Origin: Alistipes sp.
GTDB lineage: Bacteria; Bacteroidota; Bacteroidia; Bacteroidales; Rikenellaceae
Direction of reading: 5' to 3'
Length of the DNA: 64,000 bases
Assembly (NCBI GenBank): GCA_045612405.1
Contig: JAZKYX010000029.1
Coordinates: 36,621 to 100,620, forward strand
Part shown: positions 8,705 to 18,175 of the stretch, piece by piece
How positions within the stretch are numbered: the stretch's first letter is position 1
Layout: the number at the start of each line of letters is the position of its first letter
Program-made: the position numbers and the translations under genes
The notes under the pieces: model-generated
Seen by the model: the letters and a program-made list of their open reading frames with translations, nothing else
What the model was told of the DNA's origin: nothing
Databases searched by the model: none

Positions 8705-8717
8705 GGTGCTTTTCTTT
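8690..8717 (+). terminator. Rho-independent terminator
   Basis: aagcaccc-tcaata-gggtgctt followed by T-rich tail. Confidence 0.7.
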
Positions 8718-8810
8718 TGCCCAAAACATTTGGAGCCAATATTTTGAAATTAACAATTTTTTGCTAAATTTGTATGATGTAAATTATTAACCTACTAAAA
8801 CTATAATCAA

Positions 8811-9653
8811 ATGAGAAAATTAATCTATTTTGTTGCCACAATGTTGGCTGTTGCTACATTGGCAAGTTGCGCCTGCAATAAGAAGGTAGGTTTGCAGCTC
8901 TATTCTGTTCATCAAGATATGAACGATGTGGCAGCCTCGTTGCAAAAGGTCGCTGACGCTGGTTACAATGTTGTCGAGACACTTGGCAGTCCTATTTGCT
9001 TTGGTATGTCGGCCGAGGATTTCAAGGCCTTGTGTGACGAGAAAGGTTTGCAGATTATCTCGACCCACACATCCATCGGCAAGGATGATCCCGAAGCCAC
9101 CCAGAAGTGGCACGACATCTTCGCTGGTTTGAAGACTATGGGTGCAAAATATTGCGTTATCCCAGGCTTTAACTTGGGCAGTAATTTGCAGGAGTTGAAG
9201 GAGGTATGCGATTACTTCAACGAGGTGGGCAAAATCGGCCAGGAGTACGGCATCAAGCTCGGCTACCACAACCACTCGCACGAATACCGCGAGATGGAGG
9301 GTCAGGTGATGTGGGAGTATATGATCGAGAACACCGACCCTGAGTTAGTATTCTACCAGATGGACGTATATTGGACAACACGCGGCGGCAAAGACCCTGT
9401 TGAGTATTTAAAGAAGTACCCCAACCGTATCCAGATGCTCCACATCAAGGATGAATTGGTAATCGGCGACAGTGGCAAGATTGATTTCGAGGCTATCTTC
9501 AAGCAGTTCTACAAGAACGGTTGGAAGGATTATGTTGTAGAGCAGGAGATGCCATTCAACCGCGAGGCAAGCCGGGAGCAAAATTTTGCCACAATGTGGG
9601 ACGGCGTTGCTAAATCGGCTGCTTACCTTAACAACGCAAAGTTCGTAAAGTAA
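8811..9653 (+). CDS. Sugar phosphate isomerase/epimerase family TIM-barrel lipoprotein
   Basis: Lipobox LASC; GLQLYSV, YHNHSHE, MDVYW, LHIKD, VEQE motifs (xylose-isomerase-like barrel). Confidence 0.88.
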   Translation: MRKLIYFVATMLAVATLASCACNKKVGLQLYSVHQDMNDVAASLQKVADAGYNVVETLGSPICFGMSAEDFKALCDEKGLQIISTHTSIGKDDPEATQKWHDIFAGLKTMGAKYCVIPGFNLGSNLQELKEVCDYFNEVGKIGQEYGIKLGYHNHSHEYREMEGQVMWEYMIENTDPELVFYQMDVYWTTRGGKDPVEYLKKYPNRIQMLHIKDELVIGDSGKIDFEAIFKQFYKNGWKDYVVEQEMPFNREASREQNFATMWDGVAKSAAYLNNAKFVK

Positions 9654-9734
9654 TAAAAAGTTGTTATTATAGCAGAAATTTATTAACTTTGCCAAGAATT
9701 GAGAAACATTAACTCACTAAATAAGTAAAACATT

Positions 9735-10967
9735 ATGACACAGGCTATTGCTATCCTTACTGGTGGCGGTCCAGCACCAGGTATGAACACCGTTGTTGGT
9801 TCAGTTGCCAAGACATTCCTTGCTAAGGCTTACCGTGTAATCGGTTTGCACTATGGTTATTCAGGTCTTTTCAACTCAAATCCACGTTATGAGGATTTGG
9901 ATTTCTCAAAGGCTGATTTCATCTTCAACCAGGGTGGTTCATACCTTACAATGAGCCGCTTCAAGCCAACTGACAAGGATTTTGAGGAGAATTTCAATCT
10001 TACATTCTTCCAGGAGAACAACGTTAAGTTGCTCGTAACTGTTGGTGGTGACGATACAGCTTCAACAGCTAACCGTATCGCTAAGTTCCTCGAAGCTAAA
10101 AACTATCCTATCGCTAACATCCACGTTCCTAAGACTATCGACAATGACCTTCCATTGCCATCAGGTACTCCTACATTCGGTTACCAGTCAGCTAAGGAGG
10201 GTGGTACAGTTATCGGTCGTGCCGTTTACAACGACGCTCGCACATCAGCTAACTGGTTCGTAGTTGCAGCTATGGGTCGCTCGGCAGGTCACTTGGCATT
10301 CGGTATCGGTTCTGCTTGCCACTACCCAATGATTGTTATTCCTGAGATGTTCAACAAGACAGAGATTACAGTTGAGAAGATTGTAAACTTGGTTGTTTCA
10401 TCTATCATCAAGCGTAAGATTATGGGTATTGACTATGGTGTTGCAATGATCTCTGAGGGTGTATTCCACTCACTTTCTGACGAGGAGATCCGCAACTCAG
10501 GTATCCACTTCACATACGACGACCACGGCCACCCAGAGCTCGGTAAGGTATCTAAGGCTAACATCTTCAACGAGTTGTTGGAGAACAAGCTCAAAGAGTT
10601 GGGTATCAAGGTTAAGTCTCGTCCAGTAGAGATCGGTTACGAGGTTCGTTGCCAGACTCCAATCGCTTACGATTTGGTTTACTGCTCTGAGCTCGGTATG
10701 GGCGTTTACAAGCTCTTCTCTGAGGGTAAGACTGGCTGTATGGTTTACATCTCACAGGACGGTTTCGTATCACCTCTCTACTTGAAGGATTTGCAGGATC
10801 CTACAACAGGCAAGATTCCACCACGTTTGGTAAACATCGAGTCTGATAAGATTCAGCAGGTTATCAACAACCTTCTTCACTACGTAACAGAGGCTGACTA
10901 CGAGGCTGCTAAGGCTTATGTAGCTAACCCAGAGGCTTACGACTTCAAGAAGATCTTGAACTGGTAA
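9735..10967 (+). CDS. pfkA: 6-phosphofructokinase, probably pyrophosphate-dependent
   Basis: TGGGPAPGMN, GGDD, PKTIDND and MGR motifs; GGDD and PKTIDND indicate PPi specificity. Confidence 0.9.
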   Translation: MTQAIAILTGGGPAPGMNTVVGSVAKTFLAKAYRVIGLHYGYSGLFNSNPRYEDLDFSKADFIFNQGGSYLTMSRFKPTDKDFEENFNLTFFQENNVKLLVTVGGDDTASTANRIAKFLEAKNYPIANIHVPKTIDNDLPLPSGTPTFGYQSAKEGGTVIGRAVYNDARTSANWFVVAAMGRSAGHLAFGIGSACHYPMIVIPEMFNKTEITVEKIVNLVVSSIIKRKIMGIDYGVAMISEGVFHSLSDEEIRNSGIHFTYDDHGHPELGKVSKANIFNELLENKLKELGIKVKSRPVEIGYEVRCQTPIAYDLVYCSELGMGVYKLFSEGKTGCMVYISQDGFVSPLYLKDLQDPTTGKIPPRLVNIESDKIQQVINNLLHYVTEADYEAAKAYVANPEAYDFKKILNW

Positions 10968-10990
10968 TTCCTCGCGTTACAATAACAATG

Positions 10991-11025
10991 GTCGCAATCC
11001 CAATGTGGGATTGCGACTTTTTTTT
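10991..11025 (+). terminator. Rho-independent terminator of pfk
   Basis: gtcgcaatccc/gggattgcgac 11-bp stem followed by T8. Confidence 0.9.
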
Positions 11026-11125
11026 GCACTCTTTCTCAAAATAACACTTTCAACTATTCTATACAAAAACAAAGGCTACCAATCCCAAAGGATAAGTAGC
11101 CTCGTAAAATAGAGATATTGATTAT

Positions 11126-11434
11126 TTACATATCATCATCGCCCATCTCGTCATCAACGAGTTCATCTGCGCCCTTGATTTCGTCATCTGCGTAGAAATC
11201 TTCTGCACCCTCGTCATCCGCGCCGTCATCAACCTTAACGTCAATCTTCACCAAATAAGAGACCTCCTCAGTTTCAAAAGGAACTACATAGAAAAAGTCA
11301 CCATTAGGTTTATCAATACGTGTCATCACCTCAGAGAATCCACGAGGATAGAGAGTCTTGACAGCCTCCTGCTGCTCAACTGTGAGGTTGTGCAATGATG
11401 TTACCAATCTTTTTTTAGTCATATTTTCTGCCAT
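11126..11434 (-). CDS. Hypothetical protein with highly acidic C-terminal tail
   Basis: About 100 aa with typical host codon usage; D/E-rich tail; start uncertain (11422, 11434 or 11455). Confidence 0.7.
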   Translation of the reverse strand: MAENMTKKRLVTSLHNLTVEQQEAVKTLYPRGFSEVMTRIDKPNGDFFYVVPFETEEVSYLVKIDVKVDDGADDEGAEDFYADDEIKGADELVDDEMGDDDM

Positions 11435-11569
11435 ACATTTCAAAATTTTATGCAAGTATAAGCAAAATTTGTTTTCGCAACAAATAATAATATTTTTTTT
11501 GCATTTTTTTTATTTTTTGCCTTTGTTCCGAACAAAATGTGTACCTTTACCACTAAATTTATCCTTAAT

Positions 11570-13657
11570 ATGACCGTAGAGCAGAAGATCAATGAGTTAC
11601 GCCGCGAGCTGAACTCTCACAACCATAAATACTATGTCGAGAACGCCCCCACGATCTCCGACTTTGAGTATGATCAGATGCTCAGGCAACTTCAAGATCT
11701 TGAAGCACTTAACCCCGAATTTTACGACCCAAATTCGCCTACGATGCGTGTCGGCAGCGATCTAAGCAACGCCTTCCGCACCGTCAAGCACAGCTTCCCT
11801 ATGCTCTCACTTTCGAACACCTATTCAATAGAAGAGCTCGGCGAGTGGGTCAGCAAAATCGAGGCTGAGATTGATGATGCCGAATTTGTCTGCGAGTTAA
11901 AATTCGACGGTACCGCCATTTCGCTCTGTTATGAGAATGGCCGCTTGTTGCGTGCCGTAACTCGTGGCGATGGCGAGCAGGGCGACGAGGTCACAGAGAA
12001 CGTCCGCACAATACGCAGCGTACCTTTGGTATTGCAGGGTAATGATTACCCATCATATTTCGAGATTCGCGGCGAGATTTTTATGCCCTACCAATCGTTC
12101 GACCGCCTCAATATCGAGCGCGAACAGCAGGGCGAAGCACTTTTTGCCAACCCACGCAATGCTGCGGCAGGAACCCTCAAACAGCAACAATCTCAGGTTG
12201 TGGCTCGCCGAGGCCTGGACTGCACATTATACCAACTTGCGGGCGACAATCTGCCCTTCAAATCCCACGCTGAGAGTCTTGATGCTGCTCACTGCTGGGG
12301 CTTCAAGGTATCGCAGCACACCGCACTATGCAATAACCTTGAACAGATCAAGGAGTTTATCCACCACTGGGATAACGAGCGACATCAGCTACCGTTCCCT
12401 ACCGATGGCATCGTCATCAAGCTCAACCGCTATGCCGATCGCCGCGTGCTGGGCTCTACGGCCAAGGCTCCAAAGTGGGCCGTTGCCTATAAGTTCAAGG
12501 CCGAGCAGGCGCTCACCCGACTGCTCAAAGTCACCTATCAGGTAGGACGTACGGGAGCCATCACCCCTGTGGCTAACTTGGAGCCTGTGTTGCTGGCTGG
12601 CACTACGGTAAAGCGTGCTACGTTGCATAACGCCGACCAGATTGCAGCACTTGACCTTCGCGAGGGCGATATGGTCTATGTCGAAAAAGGTGGCGAGATT
12701 ATACCCAAGATTACGGGTGTGGAACTCAGTCAGCGCCAAGCCGACAGCGCTCCATTGCAATATATCACCCACTGTCCCGAGTGCGGTGCCGAGTTGGTAC
12801 GCTACGAGGGCGAAGCCAAGCACTACTGCCCCAACCAGAGCCATTGCCGCCCCCAGATTGTGGGCCGCATACTTCATTTCATACGCCGCAAGGCTATGAA
12901 CATTGAGTCGCTGGGTGAGGAGACCGTAGAGCTTATGTTCAACAATGATCTTGTCAGCAATTTTGCCGACCTCTACGATTTACGCAGCGAGCAGATTGCT
13001 ACACTACCCCGCCTAGGCGAAAAATCGGCTCGCAACATCATCCAAAGCATACGTTCATCGTGCGAGCTGCCATTCCACAGAGTGCTTTTTGCATTGGGAA
13101 TACGCTTCGTGGGCGAGACAACAGCAAAATATCTGGCAGCACACTTTGGCAATATGGACGCCGTAATGCAGGCCGACAAGGAACAGTTGCTCCAAGCCGA
13201 GGAGGTAGGCGACAAGATTGCCATCTCTATTTTGGACTACTTTGCCGACGAGCAAAACCGAGCCATCATCGAACGTTTGCGTGCAGCGGGGCTTCAATTT
13301 GAGGCCGAGGCCAAAAGCCTTTCATCCGTTGCACTGCAAGGTAGCAACATTGTCATCTCTGGAACTTTCGAGATTCACTCGCGCGACGAGTTGAAGGCCC
13401 TAATCGAGGCTCACGGTGGCAAGAACCAGGCTGCTGTTTCGGCAAATACCACATATCTTTTGGCGGGCGCCAAGATTGGCCCAGCCAAGTTGCAAAAGGC
13501 GCAAAAGTTGGGCGTCAAAATCATATCGGAGCAGGAGGTTATAGCGATGATTGAGGGGGCAGAAGAGCCAGCACTGCCCATACAAACCGAGCAAGCCAAA
13601 CCAGCGGTCAAACCCAAGGAGGCGACAGCTCAACCAATACAAGGAAGTTTATTTTAA
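11570..13657 (+). CDS. ligA: NAD-dependent DNA ligase
   Basis: ELKFDG active site, RGDG, Zn finger CPECG...C, HhH repeats, BRCT; ATG at 11570. Confidence 0.98.
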   Translation: MTVEQKINELRRELNSHNHKYYVENAPTISDFEYDQMLRQLQDLEALNPEFYDPNSPTMRVGSDLSNAFRTVKHSFPMLSLSNTYSIEELGEWVSKIEAEIDDAEFVCELKFDGTAISLCYENGRLLRAVTRGDGEQGDEVTENVRTIRSVPLVLQGNDYPSYFEIRGEIFMPYQSFDRLNIEREQQGEALFANPRNAAAGTLKQQQSQVVARRGLDCTLYQLAGDNLPFKSHAESLDAAHCWGFKVSQHTALCNNLEQIKEFIHHWDNERHQLPFPTDGIVIKLNRYADRRVLGSTAKAPKWAVAYKFKAEQALTRLLKVTYQVGRTGAITPVANLEPVLLAGTTVKRATLHNADQIAALDLREGDMVYVEKGGEIIPKITGVELSQRQADSAPLQYITHCPECGAELVRYEGEAKHYCPNQSHCRPQIVGRILHFIRRKAMNIESLGEETVELMFNNDLVSNFADLYDLRSEQIATLPRLGEKSARNIIQSIRSSCELPFHRVLFALGIRFVGETTAKYLAAHFGNMDAVMQADKEQLLQAEEVGDKIAISILDYFADEQNRAIIERLRAAGLQFEAEAKSLSSVALQGSNIVISGTFEIHSRDELKALIEAHGGKNQAAVSANTTYLLAGAKIGPAKLQKAQKLGVKIISEQEVIAMIEGAEEPALPIQTEQAKPAVKPKEATAQPIQGSLF

Positions 13658-13686
13658 CACTACATATATACAGTAACGATATTAAT

Positions 13687-14577
13687 ATGAAAAAGCATAT
13701 TCTCAGCGGCTGCGGAGCCGCAATGATTACACCATTCAGAGCAGATATGTCTATCGATTGGGACCAACTTGCCCATATGATTGATTATGTGATTGATGGT
13801 GGCACCGACTACATCGTCGCTCTCGGTACAACAGCCGAAACACCTACCCTTTCAAAGGAGGAGAAGCGTGATATTATCCGTTTCTTCAAGCAGCAGATTG
13901 CAGGCAGAGTGCCTCTGGTTATTGGTGCAGGTGGTAACAACACCCTCGCCCTGACCAAAGAGCTTCAGGAGATGGAGCTTGACGGCGTGGAGGCTATCCT
14001 GAGCGTAACGCCATACTACAACAAGCCATCGCAGGAGGGTCTTTATCGCCACTTTGCGGCTATCGCCGAGGCATCGCCTCTGCCCATCATCCTCTACAAC
14101 GTACCAGGACGTACAGGCGTAAATATGTCGGCCGACACCACTTGCCGCTTGGCACAGGATTTCGACAACATCATCGCTGTAAAGGAGGCTTCGGGCAAGA
14201 TTGACCAGATTGAGCAGATTATCAAGAACTGCCCAAGCAACTTCCTCGTCTTGTCGGGCGACGATGGTATGACAGTTGATGTTATGCGCAAGGGTGGCGA
14301 CGGAGTTATCTCGGTAGCAGTCAATGCCTTCCCAAAGCGATTCTCTCACGTCGTGTATCTTTCTAAGCAGGGTCTGTTCGACCGCGCCGAGGAGGCCTAC
14401 GCCCCACTCCACGAGGCTGTATGCGCACTTTTCGAGCAAGGCAACCCAGTAGGCGTCAAGGCTGCGCTCACAATTATGGGTCACATCGACAATAACTTAC
14501 GTCTGCCATTGGTACCAGCCACCGAGTTGTTGATGAAAAAGATGGAAAGATTGATTCGCGAATACGAATTGTGCTAA
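13687..14577 (+). CDS. dapA: 4-hydroxy-tetrahydrodipicolinate synthase
   Basis: GTTAE, PYYNKP, LYNVPGRTG, VKEAS, NPVGVK motifs. Confidence 0.97.
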   Translation: MKKHILSGCGAAMITPFRADMSIDWDQLAHMIDYVIDGGTDYIVALGTTAETPTLSKEEKRDIIRFFKQQIAGRVPLVIGAGGNNTLALTKELQEMELDGVEAILSVTPYYNKPSQEGLYRHFAAIAEASPLPIILYNVPGRTGVNMSADTTCRLAQDFDNIIAVKEASGKIDQIEQIIKNCPSNFLVLSGDDGMTVDVMRKGGDGVISVAVNAFPKRFSHVVYLSKQGLFDRAEEAYAPLHEAVCALFEQGNPVGVKAALTIMGHIDNNLRLPLVPATELLMKKMERLIREYELC

Positions 14578-14606
14578 ACCCATCGTTAGGAGAATAAACC
14601 AAAGAT

Positions 14607-15350
14607 ATGAAACGAACTTTATTTTTCTTTCTCGCAGCCGTAGTGATGCCCCTGCTTTCGTGGGCCAAGGTTCCCGATGAGGAGGATATCTTGCGTAAGA
14701 TTATCGACAACTCATCGCCCTATTACTACTCAAACCTGATGATGCGTTACATAGCATTGGAGCGCCTAACGGAGGACGACTATCACTACCTCTATTATGG
14801 TTACACCTATGATGAGGGATACAAACCTATGGCAAGCAACCCCGCCCTCGACGAGCTCTACGCCACGATGGCTACCATCGATATGACTCGCCCCGACAAA
14901 GATGATTTGGAACACATCATCACCAAATGCAACCAGGCGATGCTAATTGATCCGTTCAACCCGACAGTGCTCAATATGCTCACATTTGCCTATGGCAACC
15001 GAGGCGACAAGGTGCGCGAGGAGGCATACTTCCGCCATATGAACGGCATCTTGGAGACCATAAAATCCTCAGGCGATGGACGAGGAGAAAAATACCCTAT
15101 GCACATCATTATGTTCTCCCACGCAGTGGATTTGATGGCTTCGATGGGTTTGGAGTGTCGTGATGCTCAGATTGTTAGCCGCAACTGCGAATACATACCT
15201 CTTGTCGAGCCACGCCGCGTACCCGATGGCAGGATTAAGGGATTTTATTTCGATTATAGTCGCATCTATCGCAACAAACCTGACGATGTGACATTCAAGA
15301 AGAAAAGAACTTGGCAATTTAATAACCTTGGAGTAAAGGAATACAAATAA
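14607..15350 (+). CDS. DUF4919 domain periplasmic protein
   Basis: Signal peptide; 'SPYYYSNLMMRY...LT..DYHYLYYGY' pattern and helical repeats. Confidence 0.7.
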   Translation: MKRTLFFFLAAVVMPLLSWAKVPDEEDILRKIIDNSSPYYYSNLMMRYIALERLTEDDYHYLYYGYTYDEGYKPMASNPALDELYATMATIDMTRPDKDDLEHIITKCNQAMLIDPFNPTVLNMLTFAYGNRGDKVREEAYFRHMNGILETIKSSGDGRGEKYPMHIIMFSHAVDLMASMGLECRDAQIVSRNCEYIPLVEPRRVPDGRIKGFYFDYSRIYRNKPDDVTFKKKRTWQFNNLGVKEYK

Positions 15351-15354
15351 AAAA

Positions 15355-16572
15355 ATGAAGAGATTTTTAAACTACTGTATCATCATACTTTTTGCGGTTT
15401 TGACACTTGCTTCGATGCAGAGCTGCATACTTGAAAAAGAGAGCGAGCCAGAGCCACATACCCAGACTCTCATATTCTACTTTGCTGGTACAGATTTAAC
15501 ACTATACTACTACAATAACATTTCGGCCATCAAGGACGCTCTGCGCCAGGACATCAAAGGCAAAAGCCGTGTGGTTATGTTGTTCCAAGCATCCAACAAG
15601 AAGAGCGCCAGCATCATAGAGCTCACCTACAACAAAGGCCTATGCGAGGAGAAGATTTTGGGTTCAGTCACATTGCCAAGCGCAATGAATGCCGATGATT
15701 TGGGCGATATCCTATCGCGTATCATCGAGCTTGCACCTGGCGATAGTTATAGCCTTATTATTGGTTCTCACGGTCTGGGCTGGATTCCTTTTGGTGCCAA
15801 TCCAGATGACCCCGAGGAGCGCTCGTCACTTCGCTCAGTTACTCAGCCTGACGATTTCTGGCAACAATCGGGCGACATCAAGACTCGCTTCATCGGCGAG
15901 GTAAGCAACCCCGAAAATGCTTTCAACATCACCACTCTTGCCGAGGCAATCGAGCAGACAGGTGTCAAGTTTGAGTATATCCTTTTCGACGCCTGCTTTA
16001 TGGCCAATGTTGAGTCGGCCTACGACCTACGCAACAGTGCAAAGTATATCATCGGCTCGGTGTGCGAGATTATGGGCGAAGGTTTCCCCTATGCCGACAT
16101 TCTGCCCAAGATGCTGTTGGATAATGGCACACGCTACGACCTTGACGGCATCTGCCAGAGTTTCCACTCATTCTATGAAAGTAAGAAGGGATACTCGGGC
16201 TCCATCTCGCTCATTGACTGCTCCCAGATGGAGGCATTGGCTGGTGCTATGCGTGCAATTAACAATGGTGCTAAAAACAGCAACTACAAATTGGATTATG
16301 TCCAATTTTATGAAGGTCAGCCACGCCACGTCTTTTTCGATTTGGGCGACTATGTGAATGAATACACAGCTGATGCTGAACTAAAAGCCGCCTTCGATGA
16401 GCAGATGCGACGCACAGTTGTCAAGGCCTACACACTTTCGAAGTACTACTCAGCCTATGGCAACCGAGGATATTACAACATCGACTCTTACTCGGGTCTC
16501 AACACCTCAGCCCCTGCTTCGGTATATCAAAGCCACTATATTAAGACTGCGTGGTATAAGGCAACACATTAA
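15355..16572 (+). CDS. Clostripain-related (C11) cysteine peptidase lipoprotein
   Basis: Lipobox MQSC; catalytic His in SHGLGW and Cys in FDACFM. Confidence 0.9.
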   Translation: MKRFLNYCIIILFAVLTLASMQSCILEKESEPEPHTQTLIFYFAGTDLTLYYYNNISAIKDALRQDIKGKSRVVMLFQASNKKSASIIELTYNKGLCEEKILGSVTLPSAMNADDLGDILSRIIELAPGDSYSLIIGSHGLGWIPFGANPDDPEERSSLRSVTQPDDFWQQSGDIKTRFIGEVSNPENAFNITTLAEAIEQTGVKFEYILFDACFMANVESAYDLRNSAKYIIGSVCEIMGEGFPYADILPKMLLDNGTRYDLDGICQSFHSFYESKKGYSGSISLIDCSQMEALAGAMRAINNGAKNSNYKLDYVQFYEGQPRHVFFDLGDYVNEYTADAELKAAFDEQMRRTVVKAYTLSKYYSAYGNRGYYNIDSYSGLNTSAPASVYQSHYIKTAWYKATH

Positions 16573-16591
16573 ACGCTGTTGGATTGTACAC

Positions 16592-16620
16592 AAAAAGGCT
16601 CCCCGTAAGGGAGCCTTTTT
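16592..16620. terminator. Bidirectional terminator
   Basis: aaaaaggctccc-cgtaa-gggagccttttt. Confidence 0.85.
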
Positions 16621-16774
16621 ATTTAATTTTTGTAGGTGATTGAAATCAAGTGCGGAGGTTGTCCACCATCACTCCAAGGCATTTTTGTCACTTTAATTTC
16701 AGCTACTTTCTCAATCATAATACTCTCGCGAGAGGATTCTTAGGCATTATGAAGTTGTCTGGTGGACAATTTCA

Positions 16775-18022
16775 CTACTCGTAGCGGCCGCTCTTCAAGC
16801 GATCAACCTCCTCACGAGTGAGAAAACGCCACTGGCCACGTTTGAGGTTCTTCTTTGTGATACCTGCGTAATATACACGGTCGAGCTTCTGCACCGCATA
16901 ACCCAAGTGCTCAAACATACGACGCACGATACGGTTACGACCTGAGTGAATCTCAATACCTACATCCTTCTTGCTCTCGCTAACGTAAGCCACCTCGTCG
17001 GCATAAATCTCGCCATCCTCCAAAGTGATACCCTCGGTGAGCTGCTCCATATCAGCACGAGTAAGTGCCTTGTCGAGTGTCACCTGATAAATCTTCTTCT
17101 TTTCAAGTGAAGGGTGAGTGAGCTGACGTGTCACATCGCCATCGTTAGTGAAGAGAAGCAGACCGAGTGAGTTCTTATCCAAACGACCCACAGGATAGAT
17201 GCGCTCCGAGCAAGCATCCTTAACGAGCTCCATCACTGTCTTATCGGCGTGAGGATCCTCCAATGATGTCACATAGCCCTTAGGCTTGTTCAACACCAAA
17301 TATACCTTCTTCTCGCCCTGTACACGCTCGTCGTTGAACTTCACCTCGTCAGTAGAACGCACCTTTGTACCGAGCTCTGTCACAATCTGGCCATTCACAG
17401 TCACCAAACCTGCTGTGATAAAGTCATCAGCCTCACGACGTGAGCAAAGACCCGACTGAGCCAAGAAACGGTTCAGACGCATCTCGCCAATCTGCTTGGC
17501 TGCATACTTTGGATATGAACGTGGAGCATCGCCATCCTTGCGGAACGAACGCTTGCCCTTATCGCCAAATGAACGCTCCGAACGCTCGCCGCGCTCCGAA
17601 TTGAACTTCTTACCATAACCTGCCTTTGCTGGCTTCTCGAAACGACCACCCTCGCTGCGCATTGGCTTCTCGAAGCGGTTACCCTCGCCACTCATTGGCT
17701 TCTCAAAACGACCCTCGCCGCGTGAGCTACCAAATGAGCGAGCTGTGCGAGGCTTCTCATCACGCATACCGCGCTCGCCATAACCGCGACCCACGCCACG
17801 GCTCTCGCCGCCACGCAAACGGTTATCAGATGAGAAATTAGGATTGTACGATGCACGATGAGCATCCTCACGGCGAGAATTTCTCGCTGGGCGTCCCTCG
17901 TTGTCGGCATCACGCTGAGGACGGGGACCACGCTCTACACGCTCTGACGATGTTGCACGCTGACGCTTATCACGCGAAAAACGCGACAAAGCCGATGTAG
18001 AGTCCTGACTAAACTTTTTCAT
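16775..18022 (-). CDS. rluB: 23S rRNA pseudouridine synthase (RluB/RluF family) with long disordered N-terminus
   Basis: S4 domain MRLNRFLAQSGLCSRR, GRLD catalytic motif, GRNRIVRRMF; ATG at 18022 preferred. Confidence 0.9.
   Translation of the reverse strand: MKKFSQDSTSALSRFSRDKRQRATSSERVERGPRPQRDADNEGRPARNSRREDAHRASYNPNFSSDNRLRGGESRGVGRGYGERGMRDEKPRTARSFGSSRGEGRFEKPMSGEGNRFEKPMRSEGGRFEKPAKAGYGKKFNSERGERSERSFGDKGKRSFRKDGDAPRSYPKYAAKQIGEMRLNRFLAQSGLCSRREADDFITAGLVTVNGQIVTELGTKVRSTDEVKFNDERVQGEKKVYLVLNKPKGYVTSLEDPHADKTVMELVKDACSERIYPVGRLDKNSLGLLLFTNDGDVTRQLTHPSLEKKKIYQVTLDKALTRADMEQLTEGITLEDGEIYADEVAYVSESKKDVGIEIHSGRNRIVRRMFEHLGYAVQKLDRVYYAGITKKNLKRGQWRFLTREEVDRLKSGRYE
17630..17717 (-). repeat. 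33-bp tandem repeat, about 2.7 copies, in the rluB N-terminal region
   Basis: Units start tggcttctc at 17630, 17663 and 17696; encode (EG)xRFEKPM. Confidence 0.8.
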
Positions 18023-18175
18023 AATGTTTGATTTATCTTCTAATTTTGCGGGTGCAAAGGTAATCCAAATTTCCGACAATTAACGACAATTTACCCGCCA
18101 TTAAAGTTAAAAAATCGTTATCAATCACCTTCCTGCCTAAATATCGCAGAATATTTCTATCTTTGCCTAACGGTT

